From positions 62,001-126,000 of the forward strand of contig NIVC01000576.1 of the NCBI GenBank assembly GCA_002269645.1: a DNA stretch of 64,000 bases, in the 5' to 3' direction. A program made the translations under genes and the position numbers. Within the stretch, counting starts at the first letter, position 1. Each line of letters opens with the position of its first letter. This DNA is from Macrostomum lignano. Lineage: Eukaryota. Positions 23,101-39,170 of this stretch are shown one piece after another. The notes beneath the pieces were generated by a model, which saw only the letters and a list, made by a program, of their open reading frames with translations, ran no database searches and was not told the origin of the DNA.

Positions 23101-23990
23101 GCCGGCTCGTCATCAACCAGCTGCTGCCGCCGGTCGCCGACGACACCGCCGGTCAGGGCGACGACGCCGGCAGCGACCACGGCTCTGACGCGGAGAACGA
23201 GCTGGACAACAGCCACCTGGACTTCGGACCGCTGCTTCCACATCTGCCGAACCTCACGGAGCTGCGACTCTGCTACACCGTCCGCGACTGCGGCATGAAC
23301 TTCGAATGGAGCCTCTTCAACTTCACCGCCAAAGACTGCCTGAAACTCGCCGAAGCTGTGGCCGCTTGTCGTCAGCTGCGAGTGTTGCAGCTCAGCCGCA
23401 GCAAAGTGGACTGCGACCGGTGCCGCATCCTCATCAGCCGGCTGCTGGACCATCCGGGACTGGAGGAGCTGGACCTGTCGCACAACAGCATCGGAGATCG
23501 GGGGGCCCGTGCGCTCGGCAAATTCTTGAATGGCCACAGCAAGCTGGTCCGCTTGGATGTCACGGACAATCTGGTGCGAGCTCAGGGCGCCCAGGCTCTC
23601 GCCCACGCGCTGCTCAAGAACCGCACTCTGCGACAGCTCAGCCTCCGCCTCAACCGGATGGGCGACGATGGCGGCCAGGCCATCGGCAAGGCGCTGATCC
23701 GCAACGACATCCTGGAAGACGTCGACATCTCCAGCAACGAGTTGACAGAGCCGACGGCAACCGTGCTGGCTCAGGTGATCGTCCAGAACAAGACGCTGCA
23801 ACGGCTGAACCTGTGCAACAACCGCCTGGGTGCTGACGGCGGCAAGCAGCTGCAGGAGGGCATGGAGCGGAACCACACCTTGCTGGAGATGGACCTGCGC
23901 TTCACCGAGTGCGGCCAGGAGTCTGAGTACCGCATCTCCCAGGTGCTGGAGAAGAACCAGGAGAGGAGGGAGAAACGACAGAACAAGTAG
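17113..23990 (+). CDS. TCTE1: Dynein regulatory complex subunit 5 (T-complex-associated testis-expressed protein 1), LRR protein. Exons 17113-17727 and 23019-23990; 528 aa
   Basis: Diagnostic segments IIAEDPEWNLATVP, WPVCDVSQYDGSWKRMHFER, VRDCGMNFEWSLF, LDLSHNSIGDRGARA, NELTEPTA, DGGKQLQEGM, QESEY match TCTE1/DRC5 as recalled. Phase-0 GT-AG intron. Confidence 0.96.
17968..22465. repeat. 17/18-bp G-rich minisatellite (gggggatgcttgctatct), about 4.5 kb, in the TCTE1 intron
   Basis: Unit read directly, with variants ctgcagggtg and ctgcatgggg. Confidence 0.98.
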
Positions 23991-24347
23991 CCATCGATAG
24001 ATCAATTGAGGCTGCCTTTGAGTAGGGGGGATTTTAATGGTTGTTTTTTCAGTGTGTGACAAATAATTCATATGATGAGTAGCATCTCTGACTAACAAGA
24101 AACATTCTTTGTTTTATAAAGGAAAACGGCGGTTTCTCTATACAATTGTACTGAAAAAATGTTTTCTAACTTGGCATTGTAAATTTTTTATCTATAGATT
24201 CGGACCAGTTTATTATAATACAATGGCAAAAATACCGTTGTTCCTTTTACCTTTACTTTACCCTTAATACTTTTCGGTTGATTTATATTCACAGGCTGTT
24301 AATATAAAAATGTACCCTTTTACTCGGAGCCCCGAGAATTAATCAGC

Positions 24348-26750
24348 TGTCTACTCAGACAGTCAAGAGTCACTCAGGAGTGTCCATACTCAGACAGTCA
24401 AGAGTCACTCAGGAGTGTCCATACTCAGACAGTCAAGAGTCACTCAGGAGTGTCCATACTCAGACAGTCAAGAGTCACTCAGGTGTCCATACTCAGACAG
24501 TCAAGAGTCACTCAGGAGTGTCCATACTCAGACAGTCAAGAGTCACTCAGGTGTCCATACTCAGACAGTCAAGAGTCACTCAGTGTCCATACTCAGACAG
24601 TCAAGAGTCACTCAGTGTCCATACTCAGACAGTCAAGAGTCACTCAAATGTCTACTCAGGCAATCAAGAGTCACTCAGTTGTCTACTCAGGCAATCAAGA
24701 GTCACTCAGTTGTCTACTCAGGCAATCAAGAGTCACTCAGTTGTCTACTCAGGCAATCAAGAGTCACTCAGGTGTCTACTCAGGCAATCAAGAGTCACTC
24801 AGGTGTCTACTCAGGCAATCAAGAGTCACTCAGGTGTCTACTCAGGCAATCAAGAGTCACTCAGTTGTCTACTCAGGCAATCAAGAGTCACTCAGTTGTC
24901 TACTCAGGCAATCAAGAGTCACTCAGGTGTCTACTCAGGCAATCAAGAGTCACTCAGGTGTCTACTCAGGCAATCAAGAGTCACTCAGGTGTCTACTCAG
25001 GCAATCAAGAGTCACTCAGGTGTCTACTCAGACAATCAAGAACCCCTCAAATGTCTACTCAGGCAATCAAGAGTCACTCAGTTGTCTACTCAGGCAATCA
25101 AGAGTCACTCAGTTGTCTACTCAGGCAATCAAGAGTCACTCAGGTGTCTACTCAGGCAATCAAGAGTCACTCAGGTGTCTACTCAGACAATCAAGAACCC
25201 CTCAAATGTCTACTCAGGCAATCAAGAGTCACTCAGTTGTCTACTCAGGCAATCAAGAGTCACTCAGTTGTCTACTCAGGCAATCAAGAGTCACTCAGTT
25301 GTCTACTCAGGCAATCAAGAGTCACTCAGGTGTCTACTCAGGCAATCAAGAGTCACTCAGGTGTCTACTCAGGCAATCAAGAGTCACTCAGTTGTCTACT
25401 CAGGCAATCAAGAGTCACTCAGTTGTCTACTCAGGCAATCAAGAGTCACTCAGTTGTCTACTCAGGCAATCAAGAGTCACTCAGTTGTCTACTCAGGCAA
25501 TCAAGAGTCACTCAGTTGTCTACTCAGGCAATCAAGAGTCACTCAGTTGTCTACTCAGGCAATCAAGAGTCACTCAGGTGTCTACTCAGACAATCAAGAA
25601 CCCCTCAAATGTCTACTCAGGCAATCAAGAGTCACTCAGTTGTCTACTCAGGCAATCAAGAGTCACTCAGTTGTCTACTCAGGCAATCAAGAGTCACTCA
25701 GGTGTCTACTCAGGCAATCAAGAGTCACTCAGGTGTCTACTCAGACAATCAAGAACCCCTCAAATGTCTACTCAGGCAATCAAGAGTCACTCAGTTGTCT
25801 ACTCAGGCAATCAAGAGTCACTCAGTTGTCTACTCAGGCAATCAAGAGTCACTCAGTTGTCTACTCAGGCAATCAAGAGTCACTCAGGTGTCTACTCAGG
25901 CAATCAAGAGTCACTCAGGTGTCTACTCAGGCAATCAAGAGTCACTCAGTTGTCTACTCAGGCAATCAAGAGTCACTCAGGTGTCTACTCAGGCAATCAA
26001 GAGTCACTCAGTTGTCTACTCAGGCAATCAAGAGTCACTCAGGTGTCTACTCAGGCAATCAAGAGTCACTCAGGTGTCTACTCAGACAATCAAGAACCCC
26101 TCAAATGTCTACTCAGGCAATCAAGAGTCACTCAGGTGTCTACTCAGACAATCGAATCACTCAGGTGTCTACTCAGACAAGTAAGAGTCACTCAGATGTC
26201 TACTCAGGCAATCAAGAGTCACTCAGGAGTCTACTCAGACAATCAAGAGTCACTCAGGAGTCTACTCAGACAATCAAGAGTCACTCAGGAGTCTACTCAG
26301 ACAATCAAGAGTCACTCAGGTGTCTACTCAGACAAGTAAGAGTCACTCAGATGTCTACTCAGGCAATCAAGAGTCACTCAGGAGTCTACTCAGACAACAA
26401 GAGTCACTCAGGTGTCTAATCAGACAATCAAGAGTCACTCAACTGTCCATACTCAGACAGTCAAGAGTCACTCAGGTGTCTACTCAGGCAATCAAGAGTC
26501 ACTCAACTGTCCATACTCAGACAGTCAAGAGTCACTCAGGTGTCTACTCAGGCAATCAAGAGTCACTCAGGTGTCTACTCAGACAATCAAGAGTCACTCA
26601 GGAGTCTACTCAGACAATCGAATCACTCAGGTGTCTACTCAGTCAATAAAGAGTCACTCAGGAGTCTACTCAGACAGTCAAGAGTCACTCAGGTGTCCAT
26701 ACTCAGAAAATCAAGAGTCACTCAATGTCTACTGAGACAATCAATAGAGG
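24348..26750. repeat. 31-bp minisatellite (gtctactcaggcaatcaagagtcactcaggt) with 33-35-bp variants at the edges
   Basis: Unit read directly. Confidence 0.97.
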
Positions 26751-27329
26751 CAGGTGTCTAATTTTAAATGAGCCATTTGTCTACTGCTACTACGAGTAGG
26801 TAGTCCCGCCTCATAATAAATATTTTTAAACTCACCTCTAGCATCACCCAATATAGAGAACACACGTGCACAATGGCTTCAGTAAATACAATACATTGTG
26901 TCCGTCTAACACTCTACTAGCGTCACAGAGGCGTCACAGAGCCAACACGCGAAAGACCAACACGCACACAAATTCTCAATGGCTCTGTATGTACATTCAA
27001 CTTCGCGGTAAATTTGTACAAGTTTGCATAGGTGTACATCAAGAGGCTGAGAAATATCAGCTAGATGCCATACGAGACCCCAGCACACGAGGGCTCTGGA
27101 GTTTGGACTGTGTCCCTAACAAACAATGGCTCACTTTGTCATCTATTAAAGATTGAGTTTAGCTTCGCTCGCATAGAGAGCAGACACGTGCCGGCCAAGG
27201 AGGGGCCTCTCATCATATTCTGCTGTGTTTGTTTCACAGCTTGCCTGCAGGTACTGAGCCACTGCAACAGTGAGTATTTTACAAGCTATACTTAATAATA
27301 TTCTGTTGCCTAATTTGGGTTGGGTTCTA

Positions 27330-27810
27330 TCGCGTGTGAGATTCTAATGGGTGAGATTCCAAAGATTAAGACTTTAGCGGATGAGATTCCAAAGACTGAG
27401 ATCCTATCGCGTGAGATTCCAAAGATTGAGATCCTCTCGGGTGAGATTCCAAGGATTGAGATTCTACTGGGTGAGATTCCAAGATTAAGATTCTATTGGA
27501 TAAGATTCCAAAGATAGAGATTCTACTGGGTGAGATTCCAAGATTAAAATTCTATCGAATAAGATTCCAAAGATTGAGATTCTAGCAGGTGAGATTCCAA
27601 GATTAAGATTCTATCGGATGAGATTCCAAAGATTGAGATTCTAGCAGGTGGGATTCCAAAGATTGAGATTCTACTGGGTTAGATTCCAAAGATTGAGATT
27701 TTAACGGGTGAGATTCCAAAGATTGAGATTCTAGCAGGTGGGATTCCAAAGATTGAGATTCTAGTGGGTTAGATTCCAAGATTGAGATTCTATCGGATGA
27801 GATTCCTAGC
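27330..27810. repeat. About 30-bp degenerate minisatellite (gtgagattccaaagattgagattctactgg)
   Basis: Unit read directly. Confidence 0.9.
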
Positions 27811-28324
27811 AGGCGAGTTCCAACGGGTAGAGGCTTGAACAGATGAAGATCGCAACGCGTACTTATTCGCCACTAGGAGTAGGAAAATTCAATAGAGCAA
27901 AACTCGCATGAAGTTGGCCCAGCAATATTTGGACGCCGCCCACCCCCTACAGCAAACCCGAAGTCAACTTTGACCACCTGCTTTATTTCAATTTCCTACC
28001 CAACATGACAGGCGACAGCAGAGTTTCGTACTCGCGTTCTCCCTCTGTCCTCTATATATCTATTCTGGTATGTAACACATTCTACCAGACAGTTTTTTTG
28101 CAAACAGTCAGCCAGTGTTTCTATAGCTGAGACTGTTTGCTTAATAGAGCTTTGGAATTCGAGGGCAGAATAAATGTATTTGCCAAAAAATTGCCTGCAA
28201 TCTTGAAAGAACGCGTCAAGTTTGGCTTATTAATGTAGTTGAAGACTATTCTTGCAATTGTTCCATAATAAAGGTATAGAGTTCGTTTTAAGAAAGGTAC
28301 GTAAATGTATCTATTGTTTGGTAT

Positions 28325-30070
28325 GTCTAATAGATTAGTGCCTAAATCTAATAGATTAGCGCCTGAGTCAACTAGATTAGCGCCTAAATCTAATAGATTA
28401 GCGCCTAAATCAACTAGATTAGCGCCTAAATCAACTAGATTAGCGCCTAAATCAACTAGATTAGTGCCTGAATCTAATAGATTTGCGCCTAAATCAAATG
28501 GATTAGCGCCTGAGTCAACTAGATTAGCGCCTGAGTCAACTAGATTAGCGCCTGAGTCAACTAGATTAGCGCATAAATCTAATAGATTAGCGCCTAAATC
28601 TAATAGATTAGCGCCTAAATCTAATAGATTAGCGCCTAAATCAACTAGATTAGCGCCTAAATCAACTAGATTAGCGCCTGAATCTAATAGATTTGCGCCT
28701 AAATCAAATGGATTAGCGCCTGAGTCAACTAGATTAGCGCCTGAGTCAACTAGATTAGCGCCTAAATCTAATAGATTAGCGCCTAAATCTAATAGATTAG
28801 CGCCTAAATCTAATAGATTAGCGCCTAAATCAACTAGATTAGCGCCTAAATCTAATAGATTAGCGCCTAAATCTAATAGATTAGCGCCTGAATCTAATAG
28901 ATTTGCGCCTAAATCAAATGGATTAGCGCCTGAGTCAACTAGATTAGCGCCTGAGTCAACTAGATTAGCGCCTGAGTCAACTAGATTAGCGCATAAATCT
29001 AATAGATTAGCGCCTAAATCTAATAGATTAGCGCCTAAATCTAATAGATTAGCGCCTAAATCAACTAGATTAGCGCCTAAATCAACTAGATTAGCGCCTG
29101 AATCTAATAGATTTGCGCCTAAATCAAATGGATTAGCGCCTGAGTCAACTAGATTAGCGCCTGAGTCAACTAGATTAGCGCCTGAGTCAACTAGATTAGC
29201 GCATAAATCTAATAGATTAGCGCCTAAATCTAATAGATTAGCGCCTAAATCTAATAGATTAGCGCCTAAATCAACTAGATTAGCGCCTAAATCAACTGGA
29301 TTAGCGCCTGAATCTAATAGATTTGCGCCTAAATCAAATGGATTAGCGCCTGAGTCAACTAGATTAGCGCCTGAGTCAACTAGATTAGCGCCTAAATCTA
29401 ATAGATTAGCGCCTAAATCTAATAGATTAGCGCCTAAATCTAATAGATTAGCGCCTAAATCTAATAGATTAGCGCCTAAATCTAATAGATTAGCGCCTAA
29501 ATCTAATAGATTAGCGCCTAAATCTAATAGATTAGCGCCTAAATCAACTAGATTAGCGCCTAAATCTAATAGATTAGCGCCTAAATCTAATAGATTAGCG
29601 CCTAAATCTAATAGATTAGCGCCTAAATCTAATAGATTAGCGCCTGAATCTAATAGATTAGCGCCTGAGTCAACTAGATTAGCGCTTAAATCGAATTGAT
29701 TAGCGCCTAAATCAACTAGATTAGCGCCTAAATCTAATAGATTAGCGCCTAAATCAACTAGATTAGCGCCTAAATCTAATAGATTAGCGCCTAAATCTAA
29801 TAGATTAGCGCCTAAATCTAATAGATTAGCGCCTAAATCTAATAGATTAGCGCCTAAATCTAATAGATTAGCGCCTGAGTCAACTAGATTAGCGCCTAAA
29901 TCTAATAGATTAGCGCCTAAATCTAATAGATTAGCGCCTAAATCTAATAGATTAGCGCCTAAATCTAATAGATTAGCGCCTAAATCTAATAGATTAGCGC
30001 CTAAATCAACTAGATTAGCGCCTGAATCTAATAGATTAGCGCCTAAATCAACTAGATTAGTGTCCAAATC
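28325..30070. repeat. 21-bp minisatellite (tagattagcgcctaaatctaa) with a 210-bp higher-order repeat
   Basis: Unit read directly. The marker variant atttgcgcct occurs at 28481, 28691, 28901, 29111 and 29321. Confidence 0.97.
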
Positions 30071-30138
30071 TAAAAGTAAGGTGCTAGATATGTCTATATA
30101 AACTAGTTCACCCTTACCTACATGTACTTCATTTCTAG

Positions 30139-32827
<2,689 letters not shown>

Positions 32828-32989
32828 GTGTGGATCATGGGGAGTTGTTCGGGGTGTCCGAAGCTCTAAGGAAGCTTGTAGAGCAGGTGTGTGAGGTGTA
32901 TCTAAGAAACTATCTAAAGGGTTGTCCGAGGATTTAAAGGCAATTCGTCCGAGAATCTTACAGTTATAACAGTGTGTTTGAGGTTCTGA

Positions 32990-33375
32990 AGGTGTCCGAG
33001 ATACTGAAACTGCTCAAGAATCCTAAGGATGTTCGACAGTTTGAGAACGGTGTCCGGAGATTTGAGGAGGGATGTGTCAGAGAATCTGAGGAGATGTGTC
33101 CGAGAATCTGGGGGGATGCGTCCAAGAATCTGAGGGAAGTGTGTCCGAGAATCTGAAGGGGGATGTGTCCGAGAATCTCAGGGGGTGTCTCCGAGAATCT
33201 GAGGGTTGTGTCCGAGAATCTGAAGGGGGTTTTGTCCGAGAATCTTAGGAGAATGTGTCCGGGAATCTGAGAGAATGTGTCCGAGGATCTGAGAAAATGT
33301 GTCCAAGAATCTGAGGAAATGTGTCCGAGAATCTTAGAGAATGTGTCCGAGGATTTGAGGGAATGTGTCCGAGGA
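32990..33375. repeat. Degenerate 20-25-bp minisatellite (gtgtccgagaatctgagg core)
   Basis: Core read directly, downstream of the ZIP stop codon. Confidence 0.85.
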
Positions 33376-33818
33376 GCTTAGCCTGCACCTAGGAATGGAA
33401 AGAGAACTGTTCTTGAGCCAAAGTAAGTGTTCTACTAGTAGGTGGTGGTTAGTAAAATGTATGTCTTTTTTTCAAAACAATGTACACTTACGCTATATTC
33501 TGGAGACTGATATATTTTATTTTTCTCATACTAAGCAATGCGTTTTAATTATTTATGGCGCTGGCCTGTTTTAGAAACTCATTCGTCACAAAATAAAACC
33601 GTAACCTTTGTGTGTTAGGTACTCCCGACCTTGTTGGTGACATATTCTTTAACCTTGTTGAAGAAGTTTGTTATAGTTATATGTACGCATCATTTGAATT
33701 GTTTTATTCCACTTATCAGGTTATTGTATATTTTTTAATTTAAACACTTACGTCTCTACTTACATGTATCAGTAGTCGGTAGTGAATGTCATGTCATTCT
33801 AGGGTGAGTGCTGCCGCT

Positions 33819-34437
33819 AAGTGTAAATGCCTAACGATAAATAAAGTCAGGGCCGCTGTGCACTCCTGTGTGAGTGTGTGCCTGTGCGTGTGACTGCGTA
33901 CGTATCCGTGAGCTTGTGTGCCTGCTCAGGGGAGTCGGCGGAATGGGCAGTAATGCCTCTCGCCGGTTGTGTGACAATGTCGCTTAAAGTGCGCCGCCAG
34001 GTGCACACAGCTACTGCATCTGATAATGAAAATAAACATAGATATGGCAAATGACTCACAAATAGTTAAAACTATAATGAGATCATACTATCACTAATGA
34101 CACTTTTGTAGCTAATTGTAATAAGATAAAATGACTTATTTTCTGTGGCTAACAGTTTAATGAGATCAGAAAATCACTAATGACTCATTTCTGTAGCTAA
34201 AAGTGTAATGAGCTCACAAAATCACTAATGACTCATTTATGTAGCTAAAAGTGTGTAATGAGCTCATAAAATCACTAATGACTCATTTCTGAAGCTAAAA
34301 GTGTTTAATGAGCTCATAAAATCACTAATGACTCATTTCTGTAGCTAAAAGTGTGTAATGAGCTCATAAAATCACTAATGCATCATTTCTGTAGCTAAAA
34401 GTGTAATGAGCTCATATAGAATCACTAATGACTCATG
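33819..34437 (+). mobile_element. SINE-like element copy 2, 5'-truncated, with an expanded 48-50-bp tandem tail
   Basis: Colinear with copy 1 from about 6965 onwards; about 7 tail units. Confidence 0.8.
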
Positions 34438-34967
34438 ACTGTTCAATTTTCCTTGAAGCTGATGATTGAACCGGCTTACACGTGATAAACGAACATATCA
34501 TAAATAACAAACTGTTGCCAATGAGTCATTGCCTAATTGCTGGTCAAAGCAGCTAGCAAGAGCTGTCGGTTTCTTATCTGTTTGAGAAACCCAGCAGATA
34601 AAAATGGAATAAAGAAATTGCACTTAGGCTTTAATGCTTAATAAAGAAAAAAAGATAAAAAGCTGTTTCGCAAAAGTTAGGAATAGTGTGCCTTTGAAAG
34701 GTCAAACTGACCAATGCTTTATTGAACATAATTCACGCTTTGATTTATAACAAATAGCTCCAGGTTAATAGTACATAAAGTGTCAACATTCCTTTGCGGA
34801 AAAGTTTCAATTGTTTGAAATATTTATTGAAAAAATGCTTCAATAAGCTACTCACAATTTATACATCATTGAAATACGAGTCTATTAGCACAGCAATGTC
34901 AAACTATTATTGAAAATATTATACAATAATTCTGCTCCACTGCCGCTGTGGGTCACGTGATTTAGCG

Positions 34968-36303
34968 TCAGCTGCGAGCTCGGAGATCAAAGGAGCCGCC
35001 AAAAGGAATCTGTTGCACATCTGTGGGCGATTTTATAAAATAAATCATATTTATGTACGAGTATATGCGGTAGTGCGATCTATCCACTTCCCCACTAATA
35101 TATCCACTTTCTCACTCATCCATACACTTTCCCACTAATCTATCCACTTCTCCACTCATCTATTCACTTCCACACTCATCTATCCACTTTCTCACTCATC
35201 TATCCACTTTCCCACTCATCTATCCACTTTCCCACTCATCTATCCACTTCCACAACTCGTGTATCCACTTCCCCACTCATCTTTCCACTTCCCAACTCAT
35301 CTATCCACTTTCACAATCTACCTACTTCAACACACATCTATCCATTTCCCCAACTCATCTATCTACTTCCCTGCTTATCTATCCACTTCCCCCTCATCTA
35401 TCCACTTCTCCACTCATCTATCCACTTCCCCCTCATCTATCCACTTCCCCATTCATCTATCCACTTCCACAACTCGTGTATCCACTTCCCCACTCATCTT
35501 TCCACTTCCCCAACTCATCTATCCACTTTCACAATCTACCTACTTCAACACACATCTATCCATTTCCCCAACTAATCTATCTACTTCCCCCTCATCTATC
35601 CACTTCCCCATTCATCTATCCACTTCCCCCACTCATCTATCCACTTCCCCACTCATCTATCCACTTCCCCACTCATCTATCCACTTCCCCACTCATCTAT
35701 CCACTTCCCCACTCATCTATCCACTTTCCCACTCATCAATACACTTCCCAACTCATCTATCCACTTCCCCAACTCATCTATACCACTTTCTAACTCCTGC
35801 ATCTAACTGATTGAACGGGATTATATGCGCAGTCAGCACTCACCTCTGGCCCTCTCGTACATCAGATCGCCCAATTGAATCTGCAGCTGTCTCCAATCTT
35901 TGAATTGCCAGTGCACCAGGTCCTCGGTTTCACTACTCAGCTCGCAGCCATTCTCCTCGGCAGCCAGCAGATGATAGCGCCAGTTCTCCCTGAGCAGAAC
36001 TTGCCGCAATTGCTCAGGCAAAGGCCAGTCCGGCTTATCCTGCACAACAAACACCGCATCGTAGTGCCTTGCAGTCTTGCCCAGCCCTTTCGCCACTTCG
36101 TCAATAGTTGCACAGACTAGCCGGCAACCAGGTAGACTGAGCCTGAGCTCGCTAACTAATTCGTTCAATATCTTGGCTGAGTCTGAGTGACAGGCTATTA
36201 GAAAGCACAGGCGTTTTGGTCGGCGCCGTTTTACCGAAGCAGCAATAGCGGCGGACAGAGCTCGTTGGAGCAGCGACGTTGAGCGCTTGTTGTTGCTTAG
36301 CAT
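34968..36303 (-). CDS. Small TIR-fold-like alpha/beta protein. Exons 36303-35844 and 35020-34968; 170 aa
   Basis: ACCACCATG start with an upstream in-frame stop, perfect donor AG|GTGAGT, and a phase-matched acceptor. The alternating strand/helix pattern is CFLIAC / ILNELVSEL / CRLVC / YDAVFVVQ / W-PLP-E / YHLLAA / LVHW. The family call is by eye. Confidence 0.55.
35078..35790. repeat. 20-bp minisatellite (cactcatctatccacttccc) in the intron of the TIR-like gene
   Basis: Unit read directly. Confidence 0.93.
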
Positions 36304-37257
36304 GGTGGTTTATAACTGTGAGCACGGAATTCTACTGTTGCTGCAAGTTCTCAAGTCAGTTTTTCTTTTACTGTTGCGTTTCTGCCTTCTCTACTGAGAT
36401 TATATACTATATTACATTGCGGATGGCAATTGGGCTGCGGGCGGGGTTGGCCGCAGGCAGAAAATAGCAAGGGTATAAGATTAGATGCCAACCTCTAGCG
36501 AGTGGCTGTGTATGTACATTCGCAAGTTTCTGGTTTGCATAAGGCGGAGCGAGCGCTAAGGAGAGAGACTCTAGCCTAATAAGTAGGAAGGTATTATAAT
36601 ACTAAAGGCTTCGTTTTTGCTGCAAGAAGCACACACACAGGCGGCTGAGATAGGAGGGAGAGAGAGAGAGAGAGAGAGAATTTCATGTCCGCGTCAAAAC
36701 CAAGCTCGGTGTGGAAGGATAGGGAGAGAGAGAATTTTGGTTAACGAGTTTTAACTAAGTATACACACACACGGGGTGGAGCCGGAGAGTGTAGTCTGGG
36801 GCGGGTGCAGAGCGAGTGAGGCATTTATTTTTCTTAAAATAATATCCGCATGTCACCCGCCGCCGCGAGTGCACAAAATCTCGGAGTTCGACTTGCATTC
36901 GCAGAAAAGAACCGTAGTGTAGTGGCTTGTCTGTCTGCATAGGGCCTTTCTATCTGGCCTTGGCTGCTTGTCCTGTTTTTAATTTAAAGTGAAAGAAATA
37001 ACCGTACATGTACATACATACTAGAGTTTCTAAATACAGTATCAGTATATCCGCAGACAGCTGTAGCTTACAGGACATGATAAAAAATTATCGATTTTCA
37101 TTTCACTGCTATTCTCTTTGGCTTGGTTTTTAAAGACTTTGTGTAATAATTATTACTTGCTAGCCAAAACATTGGTGCACTTGCATCCGTTCTTTACTGT
37201 TTCATTGTATACACAGGTGGGACATGAAAGCTTTACTAGGTGAGATCCCTAGCTAAG

Positions 37258-37665
37258 GGAGGAGGCCAAGGGGAGAGAGGAGGCTGAGGGGAGGCTGAGG
37301 GGAGGAAAGAGGCGGAGGGGAGGAAGGAGGCTGAGGGGAGGAAGGAGGCTGAGGGGAGGAAGGAGGCTGAGGGGAGGAAGGAGGCTGAGGGGAGGAAGGA
37401 GGCTGAGGGGAGGCTGAGGGAAGGAGGAGACTGAGGGGAGGCTGAGGGGAGGCTGAGGGGAGAGAGGAGGCTGAGGGGAGGAAGGAGGCTGAGGGGAGGA
37501 AGGAGGCTGAGGGGAGGAAGGAGGCTGAGGGGAGGAAGGAGGCTGAGGGGAGGCTGAGGGGAGGCTGAGGGAAGGAGGAGACTGAGGGGAGGCTGAGGGG
37601 AGGCTGAGGGAGAGAGGAGGCTGAGGGGAGGCTGAGGGGAGGGAGGAGGCTGAGGGGAGGCTACG
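37258..37665. repeat. Purine-rich repeat (ggaggctgagggga with variable aggaa inserts)
   Basis: Unit read directly; strongly G/A strand-biased. Confidence 0.92.
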
Positions 37666-38451
37666 GGAGAGACGGAGAGGGAGACAGAGAATACAGGGGA
37701 CAGTACCTAAGACCCTGAATGAAATAAACAGGAAACAGACGCGGAGATAAGAGTAAGCAATAAAGGTTTACACGGGCAGGTTAAGAAGGTTAACATAGTA
37801 TCTAGGAGGGCGGGCAGAGACTAGAGCCCTGGAGAAAAGGAAAAAAGAAATAGGCAATAACAGTGGCACCTAGATTTCGTAACCTATTTGTACCGGATCT
37901 TTGCAAGATTTTATAATTTACTGCTATTTTGCCTCAGCAAAAACAAGCTATTTCCCTATAATATTCATTCTCATAATGCAAAAGTAAGCCCAAAAGAAGA
38001 AAATAGAAAAGGCAAACGCGCCACGGCTTGTTGCCAATTGTCGACAGCAGTTGAAAAGGTAGCGCCGGGGACCCTTAAGAAAACATGGATTGGAAACTAC
38101 ATTAGGCTCCACTCGTATTTTAAGAGGTCTTTAAAGCCATTGCAACAAGACTAATATAAAGAGCAATTGAAACTTAAAAAGATTCTCCAGTTCCAGCCCT
38201 TAGCCTCCACGTACACCATAAAACCTTAACAATACACAAACATCTGTACACCACTAGCCCTGTACTTATTAGCTAAAAAGAAAAAAATTACCACAAGGAA
38301 TCAAGGATAGCGACTTGGAAAATATGAAAAAAACGTTCACTGTCCGCGAAACAACAAGGACATTTACTTTAGCTGCAGAAGAATAACTGTGACATTTGAC
38401 ACAATTTTATCAGTTAATTTTAAATAAATTAATCAGACACGCTTTACGATA

Positions 38452-39170
38452 AAAGCTTCACAATCCCCAAGGTTTCACAACACCCAAGGCTTCACAATTC
38501 CCAAGGCTTCACAACCCCCAAGGTTTCACAACACCCAAGGCTTCACAATTCCCAAGGCTTCACAACCCCCAAGGTTTCACAACACACAAGGCTTCACAAT
38601 TCCCAAGGCTTCACAACCCCCAAGGTTTCACAACACACAAGGCTTCACAATTCCCAAGGCTTCACAACCCCCAAGGTTTCACAACACCCAAGGCTTCACA
38701 ATTCCCAAGGCTTCACAATCCCCAAAGCTTCACAATCCTCAAAGCTTCACAATCCTCAAGGCTTCACAATTCCCAAACATTCACAATCTTAAAAGCTTCA
38801 CAATCCTCAAAGCTTCACAACCCTCCAAAGCTTCACAATCCTCAAAGCTTCACAACCCTCCAAAGCTTCACAATCCTCAAAGCTTCACAATCCTCAAAGC
38901 TTCACAATCCCCAAGGTTTCACAACACCCAAGGCTTCACAATTTCCAAACATTCACAATCTTAAAAGCTTCACAATCCCCAAAGCTTCACACTCCCCAAA
39001 GCTTCACAATCCCCAAGGTTTCACAACACCCAAGGCTTCACAATTTCCAAACATTCACAATCTTAAAAGCTTCACAATCCCCAAAGCTTCACACTCCCCC
39101 AAAGCGTCACAATCCCGAAAGCTTCACAATCCCCAAAGCGTCACAATCCCCAAAGCGTCACAATCCTTAA
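38452..39170. repeat. 17-bp minisatellite (gcttcacaatccccaaa)
   Basis: Unit read directly. Confidence 0.94.

Noticed and set aside
27150-27250. Candidate upstream ZIP exon (..HHILLCLFHSLPA g|gtactg, phase-matched to 30139)
   Set aside because: The phase fits, but the acceptor and start are ambiguous and no family motif supports it, so it was left out of the CDS span.
28121-30067. 648-aa DLGANLL heptad ORF (-) and 464-aa RLAPKSN ORF (+)
   Set aside because: A 21-bp period keeps frames open automatically. Both strands are open, and there is no unique domain or splice support.
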